DNA of 64,000 nt from an uncultured Candidatus Rokubacteria bacterium (GCA_963747235.1 CAVVEU010000024.1:1-64000), one strand, 5' to 3'. Shown: positions 44,092 through 56,584, numbered from the stretch's first letter. Notes: generated by a model from the letters alone, not told the origin. A program made the numbers and translations.

Positions 44092-45191
44092 GAGGCGGCG
44101 AGCACCTCGTTCCAGGCCGCCGCGTACTCGTCCTGGTTGGCGGGCGCCTCGACGAGCCGCATCTTGAGCGCCATCTCCGGCTGGTCCATCAGGTTCGCGC
44201 GCACCATCTCGCTCATCCCCTGCGCCTTCAGGAGCTCGACGCCGGCCCGGTTGACCGAGCCGCGCTGCAGGCGCTGGAAGTTGGTGGCCACGTATTCCGG
44301 GCTGTGGATGTGGTTGAGCCACTTGAGCGCGGCATCGCGGTTCGGCGAGCCCTTGACCAGCATGTCGCCGTCGATCCAGCCGACGTAGCCTTCCTTCGGC
44401 CGCTCCCAGCCCATCGCGGGCCCGCCCGAGGACTGGATGGTCAGCGCCCGGCCGGGGCTCGACAGCCCGATCCACACCGTCTCCTCGACGTAGAGGCGGA
44501 GCTGCTCGTTCCAGCCCTTGGAGATGGTCGGGGCATTGCGCTTGATCTGGATCAGGACGTCCTTCGCCTTGCCGAGCTGTTCCTTGTTCATCTTGAAGGG
44601 GTCGTAGCCGAGGAGGTAGGCGGCCACCGGCCACAGGAACTCGTGCTGGTCGCTGAAGCCAACGTGGCCCTTGTACTTCTTGTCGAGGAGCGCCTCGTAC
44701 GAGGTCGGCGGGGTCTTGATCTTGTTCTTGTTGTAGATCAGCACGGTCGGGTTCCAGCCCCACGGGACCATTAACATGGCTCCTCCCGGCACTTGCAGGG
44801 CGGGGATCTTCTTGAACTCCGGGTACATGTTCTTGGCGACATTCGGGATGCTGTCGAGATGGATTGGCTCGATGAGCCCCTCCTGGTGGTAGCGCACGGG
44901 CCAGAGCCCGTCGGCCTCGAAGAGGTCGTACTGGCTCGCCCCCGACAGCTTGAGCTTGGAGAAGGTCTCGGCGTTGCCGCTCATCCCGACGTGATTGACG
45001 CGGATGCCCGAGGCGTCGAAGAACGACTTGATCCCCTGCGGCTCGACGTGCCCGCCCCAGGCGAGCCAGTTCACCGTGCCCGCCGCGGCGGCCGGCCGGG
45101 GCGATCCACCCACCGCGGCGGCGGCGGTCAGCGCGGCTCCGGTCATCGCCGCAGTCTTGAGGAATTCCCGTCGTCTCATCGATGTGCTCAT
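44088..45191 (-). CDS. PotD/PotF-family substrate-binding protein with Tat signal
   Basis: RRREFLK, LAWGGH, PWGW, PKEGYVGWID. Confidence 0.85.
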   Translation of the reverse strand: MSTSMRRREFLKTAAMTGAALTAAAAVGGSPRPAAAAGTVNWLAWGGHVEPQGIKSFFDASGIRVNHVGMSGNAETFSKLKLSGASQYDLFEADGLWPVRYHQEGLIEPIHLDSIPNVAKNMYPEFKKIPALQVPGGAMLMVPWGWNPTVLIYNKNKIKTPPTSYEALLDKKYKGHVGFSDQHEFLWPVAAYLLGYDPFKMNKEQLGKAKDVLIQIKRNAPTISKGWNEQLRLYVEETVWIGLSSPGRALTIQSSGGPAMGWERPKEGYVGWIDGDMLVKGSPNRDAALKWLNHIHSPEYVATNFQRLQRGSVNRAGVELLKAQGMSEMVRANLMDQPEMALKMRLVEAPANQDEYAAAWNEVLAAS

Positions 45192-46345
45192 GCGCGCTCT
45201 CTCCTCGCTACGCCGGGGCCATTCGATGGCGTCCCGGCGGTCTGGGTTTCCGTGCCCGCGGCAAATACCCGGGCGTCCCGTTCATCCCACCAGAGATAGA
45301 CCGTCTGCCCCTCCTCGAGTCGATCCATGATCCCGCCCTCCACGCCGTTGAGCCGGTACGCGAGCACTTCCTGCCCGTCGGCGAGGCGGACGAAGTAGTG
45401 CGAGATGAAGCCGAGATCGGCGATCTTCTCGATCCGTCCCGCGAGCGGGGCCGCCGGCGCCTCGGACGGCCCCGCGGACAGGCGGACACGCTCCGGGCGG
45501 ACGAGCACGGCCACCGCGGCGCCCATCCCGAGCCCGCCCACGTGGCGCGCGCGCACGACGCCGACTCCGGAGATCGCCACGTCCGCCCCGCTCTCGCCGA
45601 GGCGCTCGATCCGGCCCGCGAAGACATTGGGCGAGCCGATGAACTCCATCACGAAGCGGTCGGCGGGGTCGCCGTAGATCTCCGCCGGCGTGCCGACCTG
45701 CAGGACCCGGCCCCGATCCATCACCGCGATGCGGTCGGACATGGACAGCGCCTCGTCCTGGTCGTGGGTCACGTACACGAAGGTGATCCCGACCCGTCGC
45801 TGCAGCCGCGTCAGCTCGGCCTGCATCTGCTTGCGGAGCTTGAGATCGAGGGCGCCGAGCGGCTCGTCGAGCAGGAGCACCGACGGCTGGTTGATCAGGG
45901 CGCGGGCCAGGGCTACCCGCTGGCGCTGCCCGCCGCTGAGCTGGCCCGGCCGCCGCTCCTCGAACCCCTCGAGCGAGACCAGGCGCAGCATCTCCTCCAC
46001 CGCGCGCTGCCGCTCGGGCCGCGGCACCTTCTTCATCCGCAGGCCGAACCCCACGTTGTCGGCCACGCTCATGTGCGGGAACAGCGCGTAGCTCTGGAAG
46101 ACGGTGTTCACGGGCCGCGCGTGCGACGGCGTGTCGCCCATGGGCTGACCGTCGATCAGGAGCGTGCCGCGGGAGGCCGTCTCGAAGCCGCCGATCAGGT
46201 TGAGGGTCGTGGTCTTGCCGCAGCCGCTCGGTCCCAGCAGCGAGAAGAACTCGCCCTTGCGGATCACGAGGTCGACGCGGTCCAGCGCCACCACGGAGCC
46301 GAAGCGCTTGCCCACATCGCGCAGCTCGACCGCAAAGCTCGCCAC
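45188..46345 (-). CDS. potA: Polyamine-type ABC ATPase
   Basis: GPSGCGKTT, RPVNTVFQSYALFPH, LDEPLGALDLKLR. Confidence 0.9.
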   Translation of the reverse strand: MASFAVELRDVGKRFGSVVALDRVDLVIRKGEFFSLLGPSGCGKTTTLNLIGGFETASRGTLLIDGQPMGDTPSHARPVNTVFQSYALFPHMSVADNVGFGLRMKKVPRPERQRAVEEMLRLVSLEGFEERRPGQLSGGQRQRVALARALINQPSVLLLDEPLGALDLKLRKQMQAELTRLQRRVGITFVYVTHDQDEALSMSDRIAVMDRGRVLQVGTPAEIYGDPADRFVMEFIGSPNVFAGRIERLGESGADVAISGVGVVRARHVGGLGMGAAVAVLVRPERVRLSAGPSEAPAAPLAGRIEKIADLGFISHYFVRLADGQEVLAYRLNGVEGGIMDRLEEGQTVYLWWDERDARVFAAGTETQTAGTPSNGPGVARRERA

Positions 46346-46444
46346 CGGCTACGTCCGGATCCGGATCACGTCGGACATGTCCCGCGATTATAGCCGCTCG
46401 CCACGCCGCGCGTCGGGCAAGCGCGGTGATGACACGCGCGCGGG

Positions 46445-46930
46445 TCAGCGCGGGCGGTCGAGCGCCCGCGCGGCGGCCGCGACCGCGGCCACGATACCCT
46501 GATAGCCCGTGCAGCGGCAGAGGACGGCGGAGAGTCCGTGGCGGATCTCGTCCTCGGTGGGTGTGGGATTCGTCCGGAGCAGGTCGAGCGCGGTCAGCAG
46601 CATGCCCGGCGTGCAGAACCCGCATTGAAGCGCGTGGTGCTCACGGAAGGCCTCCTGCAGCGGATGGAGCCGGCCGGCCGTCGCCAGTCCCTCGACCGTC
46701 ATCAGCTCGGCGCCGTCGGCCTGGACCGCGAGCATCAGGCAGGAGCGGGCCGCCTCGCCGTCGACGAGCACGGTGCAGGCGCCGCAGATCCCGTGCTCGC
46801 AGCCGACGTGGGTGCCGGTCAGGCCGAGGTCTTCTCTGCAAGAAATCGACCAGGAGCTTGCGGGGCTCGCAGTGGCCCTCGCGAGGGTGGCCGTTGATGG
46901 TGAGGTGGACGGGGAGGCTGTCTCGGCCAT
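46445..46930 (-). CDS. Mo-hydroxylase 2Fe-2S subunit (HmfC/CoxS-like; N-terminal frameshifts)
   Basis: GCEHGICGACT, SCL, QCGFCTPG, LCRCTGY. Confidence 0.9.
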   Translation of the reverse strand: MAETASPSTSPSTATLARATASPASSWSISCREDLGLTGTHVGCEHGICGACTVLVDGEAARSCLMLAVQADGAELMTVEGLATAGRLHPLQEAFREHHALQCGFCTPGMLLTALDLLRTNPTPTEDEIRHGLSAVLCRCTGYQGIVAAVAAAARALDRPR

Positions 46931-46937
46931 TGTCGTC

Positions 46938-46976
46938 CCCCTCACCCTGCCCTCTCCCCCGGGGCGGGGGAGAGGG
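46938..46976 (-). repeat. Palindromic repeat copy forming the 3' end and stop codon of the FAD-subunit gene
   Basis: Minus strand CCCTCTCCCCCGCCCCGGGGGAGAGGGCAGGGTGAGGGG translates to LSPAPGERAG*. Confidence 0.9.
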
Positions 46977-47845
46977 TGTTCAGGTGGGTGATCGCGCGGT
47001 GGAGGGCGCGGGCGGTCAGGACGCGGGTCAGGTTGCGGCGGTAGTCGGCGGAGGCGTGGATGTCGGACGGGGGCTCGACCAGCTCGGCGGCGCGGCGGGC
47101 GGCGGCCTCGACGGCCGCGTCCGAGAGCCCGTCGCGCTCCAGGATCTCCTCGGCGGCGCGCAGGCGGACGGGCATCGGGCCGGCCCCCGCCGTGACGAGA
47201 CGGGCGGAGGCGCAGCGGCCTCCTGCCGTGCCCGACGACGATGGCGGCGATCCCGACGATGGCGAAGTCGCCGTGGCGCCGGCTGAACTCCTCGAAGGCG
47301 AAGCCGGCGCCGTCCGGCATCGCGGGCAGCCGGATCTCGACGAGCATCTCGTCCGCCGCCAGCGTGGTGGTGAGATAGCCCTGGAACAGCTCACCCGCCG
47401 CCAGCGTGCGCTCGCCCCGCGGACTCCGGACGACCACCTGTCCCCCGAGCGCGGTGAGCGCGGTCGGGTACTCCGCCGCGGGATCGGCATGGGCCAGGCT
47501 GCCCCCGATGGTGCCGCGCGTAGCGGATCGGGAGATGCCCGACCAGGGTGGTCGCCTCGGCCAGCAGCGGCAGGCGGCGGCGGATCACGCGGCGAGAACT
47601 CGATCGTCCGCTGGCGCGTCATGGCCCCGATGCGGACGTGGCCCGCCGTCCTCGCGGATGTAGGCGAGGGTCGCCACCCGGTTCAGATCGACGAGGGCCG
47701 CCGGCCGGCTCAACCGGAAGTTGAGGAGGGGGACGAGGCTCTGTCCCCCTGCCAGCAGCTTGGCCTCGCCGCCGTAGCGCGCGAGCAGGGCGATGGCCTC
47801 GTCCACGCTCGCCGGGGCGTGGTAGGCGAAGCGGGCCGGCTTCAT
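46942..47845 (-). CDS. Mo-hydroxylase FAD subunit (HmfB/CoxM-like; frameshifted)
   Basis: MKPARFAYHAP, LAGGQSL, EFSRRHGDFA, SDIHASADYR. Confidence 0.88.
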
Positions 47846-50282
47846 GCGGGGCGGCCGGCGCGCCGCGCGCCCTCGATCAGGGCCCAGAGGCGGGTCGGCG
47901 ACATGGGCAGCTCGGTGATCCCGATGCCGAGCGGCGCCAGCGCGTCGCTCACCGCGTTGGCGATGACCGCGGGCACCGTCATCGAGCTGGATTCGCCCAG
48001 GCCCTTGGAGCCGAGCGGCGTCAGCGGCGAGGGCGAGACCACGTGGGCGATGTCGATCACGGGCGCCTCCGAGGCCGTCGGCACCAGGTAGTCCATGAAG
48101 GTGCCGGTGAGGAGCTGGCCGCCCTCGTCGTACTGGAGCTCCTCGAAGAGCGCGCCCCCGAGCCCGTGGAGGGCGCCGCCGTAGATCTGCCCCTCGGCGA
48201 TCATGGGATTGATGATGGTGCCCGCGTCGTGCACCGTCGCGTAGCGGAGGATCTTGATCGCGGCCGTCTCCGGGTCCACTTCCACGGCCATCACCTCGGC
48301 GATGAAGCCGTAGGTGTTCGAGGAGTTCACGCGGTCCTGGTCGTCCACCGGCTGCGCCACCGGCGAAGCCGAACACCGCGGTCGCCTGCAGCCCGGGCTC
48401 CATGCCCTCGGGGAGCGACGTGGTGTTCCAGTGGGCCCGTCCCGCCAGGTCCTTGATCGAGTACGACACGCCCTTGCCGCTCTTCGGTCGCACGGCCCCC
48501 GCACGGAACTCGAGCTGGTCGGCGGGGACCTCCATCAGATGCGCGGCGTAGTCGATCAGCTTCGCCTTGAGCTTCCGGGCGGTCAGGGCGACCGCGCTCG
48601 TGCCGACCGCGCCGAAGCGGCTCGAGTAGGTGCCGGAGGAGATGGACCAGAGGCGCGTGAGGGTGTCCATCTCGTCCACCACCGTCACGTCCGCCGGCGT
48701 GAGCCCCAGCTCGTCCGCCACGATCTGCGCCACCACGGTCTGGTGCCCCTGGCCCTGCGGCGTCGTGCCGAGGATCGCGGTGACGCGCCCCTGCGGGTCC
48801 ACCTTGATCGTCGCGGCCTCGACGGCGCCCGACTTGGGCAGGTACTCGGGCTTGGCCCGGAGCTGCGGATCGAGCGCGATCGCCACGTAGCCCATGTTGG
48901 AGACGGAGGGATCCACCGCCAGGGCCACCCCGATCCCGAAGAGACGCCCGGCCGCCCGCGCCGCCGCCTGCTCGCGCCGCAGCTCCGGGTAGCGCGCGAG
49001 CTCGACGGCCCGATCGAGGACCGCCGGGTAGTCGCCGCTGTCGTAGAGCCCGCCCGTGGGTGTCCGGTACGGCATCTGCGAGGGCTCTATCAGGTTGCGC
49101 CGGCGCAGCTCCACCGGGTCGAGCCCGAGCCGCTGCGCGAGGAGATCCATCATGCGCTCGGTCTCGAAGTAGAGGTGCCCGCAGGCGTACCCGCGGTTCG
49201 GGCCGGTGAGGCTCTTGTTGGTCATCACCACCGAGGCGTCCACCTCGAGGTGCTGGAAGCGGTACGGCCCCACGAAGTTGCCGACGGGGCGGAAGCTGCA
49301 TCCGGGCTCGGGGCTGCGGATGTAGCCGCCGACATTGTCGAGCCAGCGATAGCGCATGCCGAGCACGGTACCGTCCTTGTTCGCCGCGAGCTCGCGGTAC
49401 GCCACTCGATCAGTCCCACTGGAAGACGCCAGGAGATGCTCGCGCCGATCCTCGATCCACTTGACCGGCACCCCGGTGCGCCGCGAAGCCAGCGAGATCA
49501 GCGCGATATAGGGATACATCGCCGACTTGATCCCGAAGCTGCCCCCGATGTCGGTCGAGACGATGAAGCGCAGCCGGTTCTCGGGCACGCCCAGCACGCG
49601 CGCGACGAGCCCGTGCATGATGAAGGGCCCCATGAAGTTCGACCAGACGGTGTAGGCCTCCTCCACGTCGTCCCAGCGCGCGATCACCCCGTAGGTCTCG
49701 ATGGGAGTGGACCCGTACTTGGGGAAGCGGAAGCGCTCGCGGATGACGACGTCCGCCTCCGCGAAGGCCCGGTCGGGATCTCCGTAGACGAGCCGCCGGT
49801 GGCCCGCCAGGTTCGTGCCCACCGCCTCGTGGAGGATCGGCGCGTCCGGCTCGAGGGCCCGCTCCACGTCCACCACCGCGGGCAGGGGCTCGTACTCGAC
49901 GACCACCGCGTCCGCCGCGTCCTCGGCCAGATAGCGGCTCCGGGCGACCACCACCGCCACCGGCTCCCCGACGAAGCGGACCTTGTCGGTGGCCGCGCAG
50001 TGGTAGCGCACCGGCGCGGGGACGCCGACCGGGAAGGGCCGGGTGAAGCGCGCCACGTCCTCGCCGGTGATCGACGCCGACCACGCCCTCCATCCGGAGC
50101 GCCGCGGAGACGTCGTAGCCCACGATGCGCGCGTGGGCGTGCGGCGAGCGCACGATGGCGGCGGCGTGGACGTCGCCGAGCGGGGGATGGTCGTCGATGA
50201 AGTGGCCGCGGCCGGTGAGCAGGCGCGCGTCCTCGACGCGCGCGACGCGGCGGCCGATCCAGCCCGGCGGCTCTTCGCTCAT
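47842..50282 (-). CDS. Mo-hydroxylase large subunit, 2-furoyl-CoA dehydrogenase HmfA-like (frameshifted)
   Basis: RVEDARLLTG, IGGSFGIK, GPNRGY, YDSGDY, DPSVSNMGY, QGQGHQT, SGTYSSR, GSKGLGE; context of HmfD/E-like genes. Confidence 0.8.
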
Positions 50283-51046
50283 CGTCCCGTGTACTTCGGG
50301 GGGCGCTTCTCGAGGAACGAGGTGACGCCCTCGGCGTAGTCGTGGGTCGAGCGCAGCCACGCGTAGGCCTTCCGCTCCAGCTCCAGCGCGGTCTCGAGCG
50401 GCGCGTCGGCGCCGCGGTTGAGCACCATCTTGAGCGTGCGGAGCGCCAGCGGCGCGCGCTCGGCCAGCTCGCCCGCGAGCGCCCCCACCGCCTCGTCGAG
50501 CTTGTCGTTGGCCACCGCCTGGGTGATGAGCCCCCACGCCTCCGCGCGCTCCGCGTTGATCCGCTGCCCGGTCATCATGAACAGCTTGGCCCGCGTCATC
50601 CCGATCAGGCGCAGCGCCCGCTGGGTGCCGCCGCTGCCCGGGATCATCCCGAGCCGGATCTCGGGGAAGGCGAACTCGGACCGGAGCGTCGCGATCCGGA
50701 AGTCGCACGCCACCGCCAGCTCGAGCCCGGCGCCCATCGTGAACCCGTCGATGGCCGCGAGCACCGGCTTCCGGCATCGCTCCGCCGACGTCAGCGTGTC
50801 GCCCCATAGCTCGAGATCGGCCGGGGCCTGGTTGAGGAACTCCGCGACGTCGCCCCCGGCGCTGAAGGCCTTGCCGCCCGCGCCGCGGATCACGACGACC
50901 CGGACCGCGTCGTCGGCCTCCAGCTCCCGGAAGATGCCCGGGAACTCGTTGCGCATCGCCACCGTCATCGTGTTCATCTTGGGCTGGCGGTCGATCCAGA
51001 GCGTGGCGACGGCGCCGCGCCGCTCCGTTCGCAGAAATTCGCTCAT
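50279..51046 (-). CDS. Crotonase-family enzyme, 2-oxoglutaroyl-CoA hydrolase HmfE-like
   Basis: FSAGGD, RCRKPVLAA, LGMIPGSGG, DAPLETALELE..AY.WLRS; resembles HmfE as recalled. Confidence 0.75.
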   Translation of the reverse strand: MSEFLRTERRGAVATLWIDRQPKMNTMTVAMRNEFPGIFRELEADDAVRVVVIRGAGGKAFSAGGDVAEFLNQAPADLELWGDTLTSAERCRKPVLAAIDGFTMGAGLELAVACDFRIATLRSEFAFPEIRLGMIPGSGGTQRALRLIGMTRAKLFMMTGQRINAERAEAWGLITQAVANDKLDEAVGALAGELAERAPLALRTLKMVLNRGADAPLETALELERKAYAWLRSTHDYAEGVTSFLEKRPPKYTGR

Positions 51047-52589
51047 CGGTGAACCTCCGTGTATTGCCCCTCCCGCAGGAGTCGGCGAAGGATTTTGCCC
51101 GAGGCCGTCTTCGGGATCTCGCTCACGAAGACGATCTTCCGCGGGCGCTTGAAGTTCGCGAGGTCCGGGCACTCGCGGCAGTGGCGGTCGAGCGTGTCGG
51201 CGGTGAGGGCGGGGGCGCCGGGCACCACGAACGCGACGACGCGCTCGCCCCAGCGTTCGTCGGGCTCGCCGACCACCGCCACGTCCCGCACCAGCGGGTG
51301 GCGGGCCAGCACGTCTTCCACCTCGACCGGGTGGACGTTCTCGCCCCCGGTGATGATCATGTCGTCGACCCGCCCCGAGACGAACAGCTCGCCCTCGGCG
51401 TCCTGAGGTAGCCCATGTCCCCGGTGAAGTACCAGCCGTCCCGCAGGGCCCGCGCATCGGCGTCGGGCCGCTTCCAGTAGCCGCGTGAACGCTTCGTCCG
51501 AGTCGAGGCAGGCGATGATCTCGCCCTTCTCGCCCGGGGACGACGGTCTCATCCGGCGCGACCCGGCGGTCCGCGCTGGCCGTGACCACCCGGAGCTTGC
51601 CGTGGACCCCGGCGCGGCCCGCGCAGCCGGGCTTGGCGTCGACCGCCGGGCGCACCGAGAAGGTGTAGATCTCGGTCGAGCCGTAGTGGTTCACGAACAC
51701 CTCGGGGCGGAACGCCTCCACGCACGCGCGGGTGAGCGGGGCGAGCATCGGCGCTCCCGCGTAGGCGAGCTTGCGCACCGACGCGACGCCGGGCCGGCGC
51801 GAAGCCGGGCGCGCGGACGAGATCGTAGTAGAGCGTCGGGATCAGGTAGAGCGCGGTCAGCCGCTCCGACTCGATCAGGGCCAGCGCGCCCTCGCCGCTC
51901 CAGTCGGGCTGGCACACGAAGCAGCCGTTCACCGCCGCCATGCTGGTCAGGGAATGGATGCCCATCGTGTGATAGAGCGGCATGACGCCGAGGGTTCGCT
52001 CGAGCCACGTGTAGCCGCACTGGATCACGTGGGCCAGCGCGCCCGCCACGTGGTTCTTGTGGGTCCGGGGCACGCCCTTGGGCCGGCCGGTGGTGCCGGA
52101 GGTGTAGAGGATCAGCGAGAGGTCGCTCTCGGTGATCTCTCGATCGGCGGCGGCTCGCCCGGACGCCAGCAGCTCGGCGAACGGCAGCGACCCCGCCGGC
52201 GCGTCGTCTCCCACGAACACGAGACGGGCCTGGTGCCCGGCGGCGGCCTCCAGCACCGCGTCGGCGGTCGCGGCCTCGAACAGGACGACGGAGGCGCCGC
52301 AGTCGTCGAGGATGTACCGCACCTCGCGCGCGGCCAGCCGGAAGCCGGCGGGCGTCGGCACGCCCCCGATCGTCTGCAGGGCCCAGTAGGCGAGCACGTG
52401 CTCGAGCCGGTTCTTGAGCACGATCAGGACGCGGTCGCCCTTGCGCACGCCGAGGCGCGCGAAGGCATGCCCGAGGCGGGTCGCCTGATCCACCAGGTCC
52501 GCGTAGGTCAACCGGCGCGGCCCGTCCACGATCGCGTCGGCCGCGGGTCGTCGCAGGCCGGCCTGCTCGAGCAGCTGGGCGAGGGTCAC
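51043..52589 (-). CDS. hmfD: Acyl-CoA synthetase, 2-furoate-CoA ligase HmfD-like (frameshifted)
   Basis: YTSGTTGRPKGVPR, ALAHV.Q..Y...ERTLGVMPLYHTMG, FVNHYGSTEIYTF, KPGCAGRAG, DEAF; these motifs match recalled HmfD. Confidence 0.75.
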
Positions 52590-53215
52590 GGGAGGCGTCT
52601 TCCATGCGGGAGCAGGGTCTCGATCAACGCGCGCATCTCGGCGCTGTTCCACTCGCGCGCCCCGGCGGCCATGCCCGCGACCTCGCCGCCGGGCCGGACG
52701 ACGAACGTCGCCGGGATGCCCGGTCACGCGCCACGCGCCGGCGGCGCGGCTGTCGGGGTCGAGCAGGATCGGGAAGGTGAGGCCGTGATGCTGCGGATGT
52801 AGGGCTCGAGCACGGCGCGCGGCGCGCCGCGATCCACCGAGACCCCGATCACGACCAGCCCGCGCCCGCGGTATTCCTGCCAGAGGCCCTCGAGCGTCGG
52901 CATCTCGGCGGTGCAGGGCGTGCACCAGGTCGCCCAGAAGTTCAGGACGACGAGCTTGTCCGCGAAGGCTCGAGGGGGACGGCGTCGCCGTCGGGGAATC
53001 GGCGCGAGCCGCAGCGCGGGGCCGCGCTGGCCCTCCGTGAGCTCGGTGACGCCCGCCCGCTCGAACGGGTCGAGCGCCCGACGTGGTCGCGTGGTCACCG
53101 TGATGGCCGGCGCCGTCATCCGCGCGCCGCGAGGGCAGCGCCCAGAGCGCGACCGCGAGGAGCGCGACGGCCAGGCCGACGCGGAGGAGGATGCCTCTGC
53201 CGCGTCCCGCCGAGG
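52586..53215 (-). CDS. TlpA-family thioredoxin (start uncertain; frameshifted)
   Basis: VVLNFWATWCTPCTAEMP, GVSVD; N-terminal TM anchor. Confidence 0.82.
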
Positions 53216-53220
53216 AGCGT

Positions 53221-53933
53221 GTAGACGCCGAGCTTCTCACGGGTGACCGGGCTGTCGCGGAGCTCCGCCGAGGGCCCCTCGAACACGATGACGCCCTTTT
53301 CCATGATGTAGCCGCGGTCGCACACGCGTGAGCGCCACGCGCGCGTTCTGCTCGACGAGCAGCACGGTGACGCCGAGGCGCATCGAGCTCGCGGATCATG
53401 TCGCGGATGTGGCGGATGAGCGCGGGGGCGAGCCCCTGCGTGGGCTCGTCCATCAGGATGATGCGGGCGCCCGCCATCATCACGCGCGCGATGGCGAGCA
53501 TCTGCTGCTCGCCGCCCGACATGCGTCTTGGCGGGCTGCTCGATCCGCTCCTCGAGGCGCGGGAAGTGCCGGAAGACCTGCTCGAGGCGCTCGCCGCCGG
53601 AGCGCGGCCGTGCGGTGCGGCACCGCGGAGAGCCCCAGCTCCAGGTTCTCGCGCACGGTGAGGCCGGGGAAGATCCGGCGGTTCTCGGGCACGAAGCCGA
53701 TGCCGCGCCGCGCGATCTCGTGCGGCGTGAGCCGGGTCAGCTCGCCGCCCTCGAAGTCGATCGAGCCGCGCGTGGGCTTGAGGAAGCCCATGGCCGTCTT
53801 CATCAGCGTGGTCTTGCCCATGCCGTTCTTGCCGAGGAGCGCGACGGCCTCGCCCGGCCGGCACCTCGAGCGAGACGCCGAAGAGGATGGGCGTGGCGCC
53901 GTAGCCGGCGTGCAGGTCCTCGATCTGCAGCAT
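53221..53933 (-). CDS. livF: ABC ATPase LivF-type (frameshifted)
   Basis: GKNGMGKTT, VPENRRIF, SGGEQQM, MDEPTQGL. Confidence 0.85.
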
Positions 53934-53938
53934 GCGGC

Positions 53939-54707
<769 letters not shown>

Positions 54708-54711
<4 letters not shown>

Positions 54712-55661
54712 CCGTGCCGCCTCGCCGGCGAGGCCGCGGCGCGCAGCGCGCTCGGCGGAAGCCCAGGAGCCCGTGCGGCACGAACAGCACGATCAGGACG
54801 AGCACGAGCCCGATCACGATCGAGTACCACTGCACGTACGACGACACCTTCTCCTGGAGCACGATGAAGAACGCGCCGCCGATGATGGGCCCGACCAGCG
54901 TGCCGAGCCCGCCGATCATCACCATGATGATGAACTCGCCCGAGATGCTCCAGTGCATGAGGTCGGGCGTGGCATAGGCCGCGCGCCCCGGGTAGAGGGC
55001 GCCGGCGAGGCCGGTCAGGACCGCCGAGATCAGGCAGACGCCCATCTTGTAGCGCTGCACGTCGTAGCCGAGGAACCGCGCGCGGTCCTCGTTCTCGCGG
55101 ATGGCGACGAGCACCTGACCGAAGTGCGAGCGCACCAGCACGCGGCAGGCGAGGTACGCGAGCAGGAGGTACGGCGACGACCAGCGTAGTAGATCCGGAT
55201 CGGCGTGTCGATGGCGACGCCGGGCAGGATCTCGGGCGACGGGCAGGCCCTGGATGCCGTCGGAGCCGCCGAAGGTCTGCGTGTAGCGGAAGACGGTGTA
55301 GACCACCTCGGCGAAGATCAGCGTGAGGAGGGCGAAGTAGATGCCCGCGCCGGGATGTCGCGAAGTAGCCCACGACGAGCGCATAGAGCGCCGACGACGA
55401 CCACGGCGAAGCGCGAGACACAGCCAGAGCGAGAGGATGCCGCGCTCGAGCAGCACCGCCGTCGAGTACGCGCCGAGGCCGAAGAACGCCGCGTGGCCGA
55501 ACGACACGAGGCCCGTGTAGCCCATCAGGAGGTCGAGGCTCATCGCCACCGCCCCGAACAGGAGCGCGTCGAAGGCGAGCAGCATGTAGTACTTGGTCAT
55601 CCACGGGGTGAGCGGCAGCGCCGCCAGCGCGGCGAAGACCACCCACGCCCTTCCAGGGCAA
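54708..55661 (-). CDS. livM: ABC permease LivM-type (frameshifted)
   Basis: [31 protein letters not shown]. Confidence 0.85.
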
Positions 55662-55666
55662 GAGCG

Positions 55667-56549
55667 CTACTCAAGGACGCCCTCGCGGCCGAAGAAGCCG
55701 CGCGGCCGGACGATCAGGACCACGATCATGATCCCGAAGATGGCGATGGCCACGCGCTGCGGATTCATCCAGAGCGTGAGCAGGCTCTGCGTGATGCCGA
55801 TGACGAACGCCGCCACGACGGAGCCGCCGAGCGAGCCCATGCCGCCCAGGATCACCACGATGAAGGCGAGCAGGATCATCTCGACGCCCATGGTGCGGAT
55901 ACACGGTGAACACCGGCGCGAGCAGGAGCCCGGCCACGGCGGCGAGGGCCGCCGAGCCCGCGAACGTCAGCGTGAAGACGCGCGGCACGTTGACGCCGAG
56001 GCCGTCGAGCATCTCGGCGTCCTGCACCGCCGCCCGCACGACGATGCCCGCCCGGGTCCGCGTGAAGAAGAGCCAGATGGCGAGGAGCAGGAGCGACGAG
56101 ATCGCGAGCAGGAAGAGCCGGTACTTGCGGGTAGGTCATGCCGAGCAGCGGGATCGATCCCTCGATGGGCGGCAGGATCCGCCGCATGTCGCCGCCCGAA
56201 GAGCTGCCGCGCCCCCTCGCGAAACGCCAGCGCCAGCCCGAACGTCATGATGAGCCCGTACAGCGGCTCGCGCCGATACAGCGGCCGCAGCGTGGCCATC
56301 TCGGTCAGCGCGCCGATCGCCGCCACGATCAGGGGCGCCACGACGAGCGCCACCCAGAACGAGTGCGTCACCGCGATCACCGCGATGCCCGCGTACGCCC
56401 CGAACATGAACAGCTCCCCGTGGGCGAAGTTCATCACGCCGAGGAGCCCGAAGATCACGGTCAGCCCCAGCGCCAGCAGCCCCAGCGCGGCCCCGAACAC
56501 CACGCCGTGCAGGAGCTGCGGCAGCAGGACCGCCGCCGACGTAGTCCAC
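55667..56549 (-). CDS. livH: ABC permease LivH-type (frameshifted)
   Basis: GLTVIFGLLGVMNFAHGE, LGGMGSLGG, RPRGFFG. Confidence 0.85.
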
Positions 56550-56584
56550 GCCTCACCCCAGTCGGGGCGAGGCGACGGGCACCG

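Noticed and set aside
41174-44763. Long apparent fusions (955 aa and 514 aa) and many Arg/Pro/Gly-rich antisense ORFs
   Set aside because: Shadow ORFs caused by scarce stop codons in high-GC DNA; the real genes start at 42415 and 44091.
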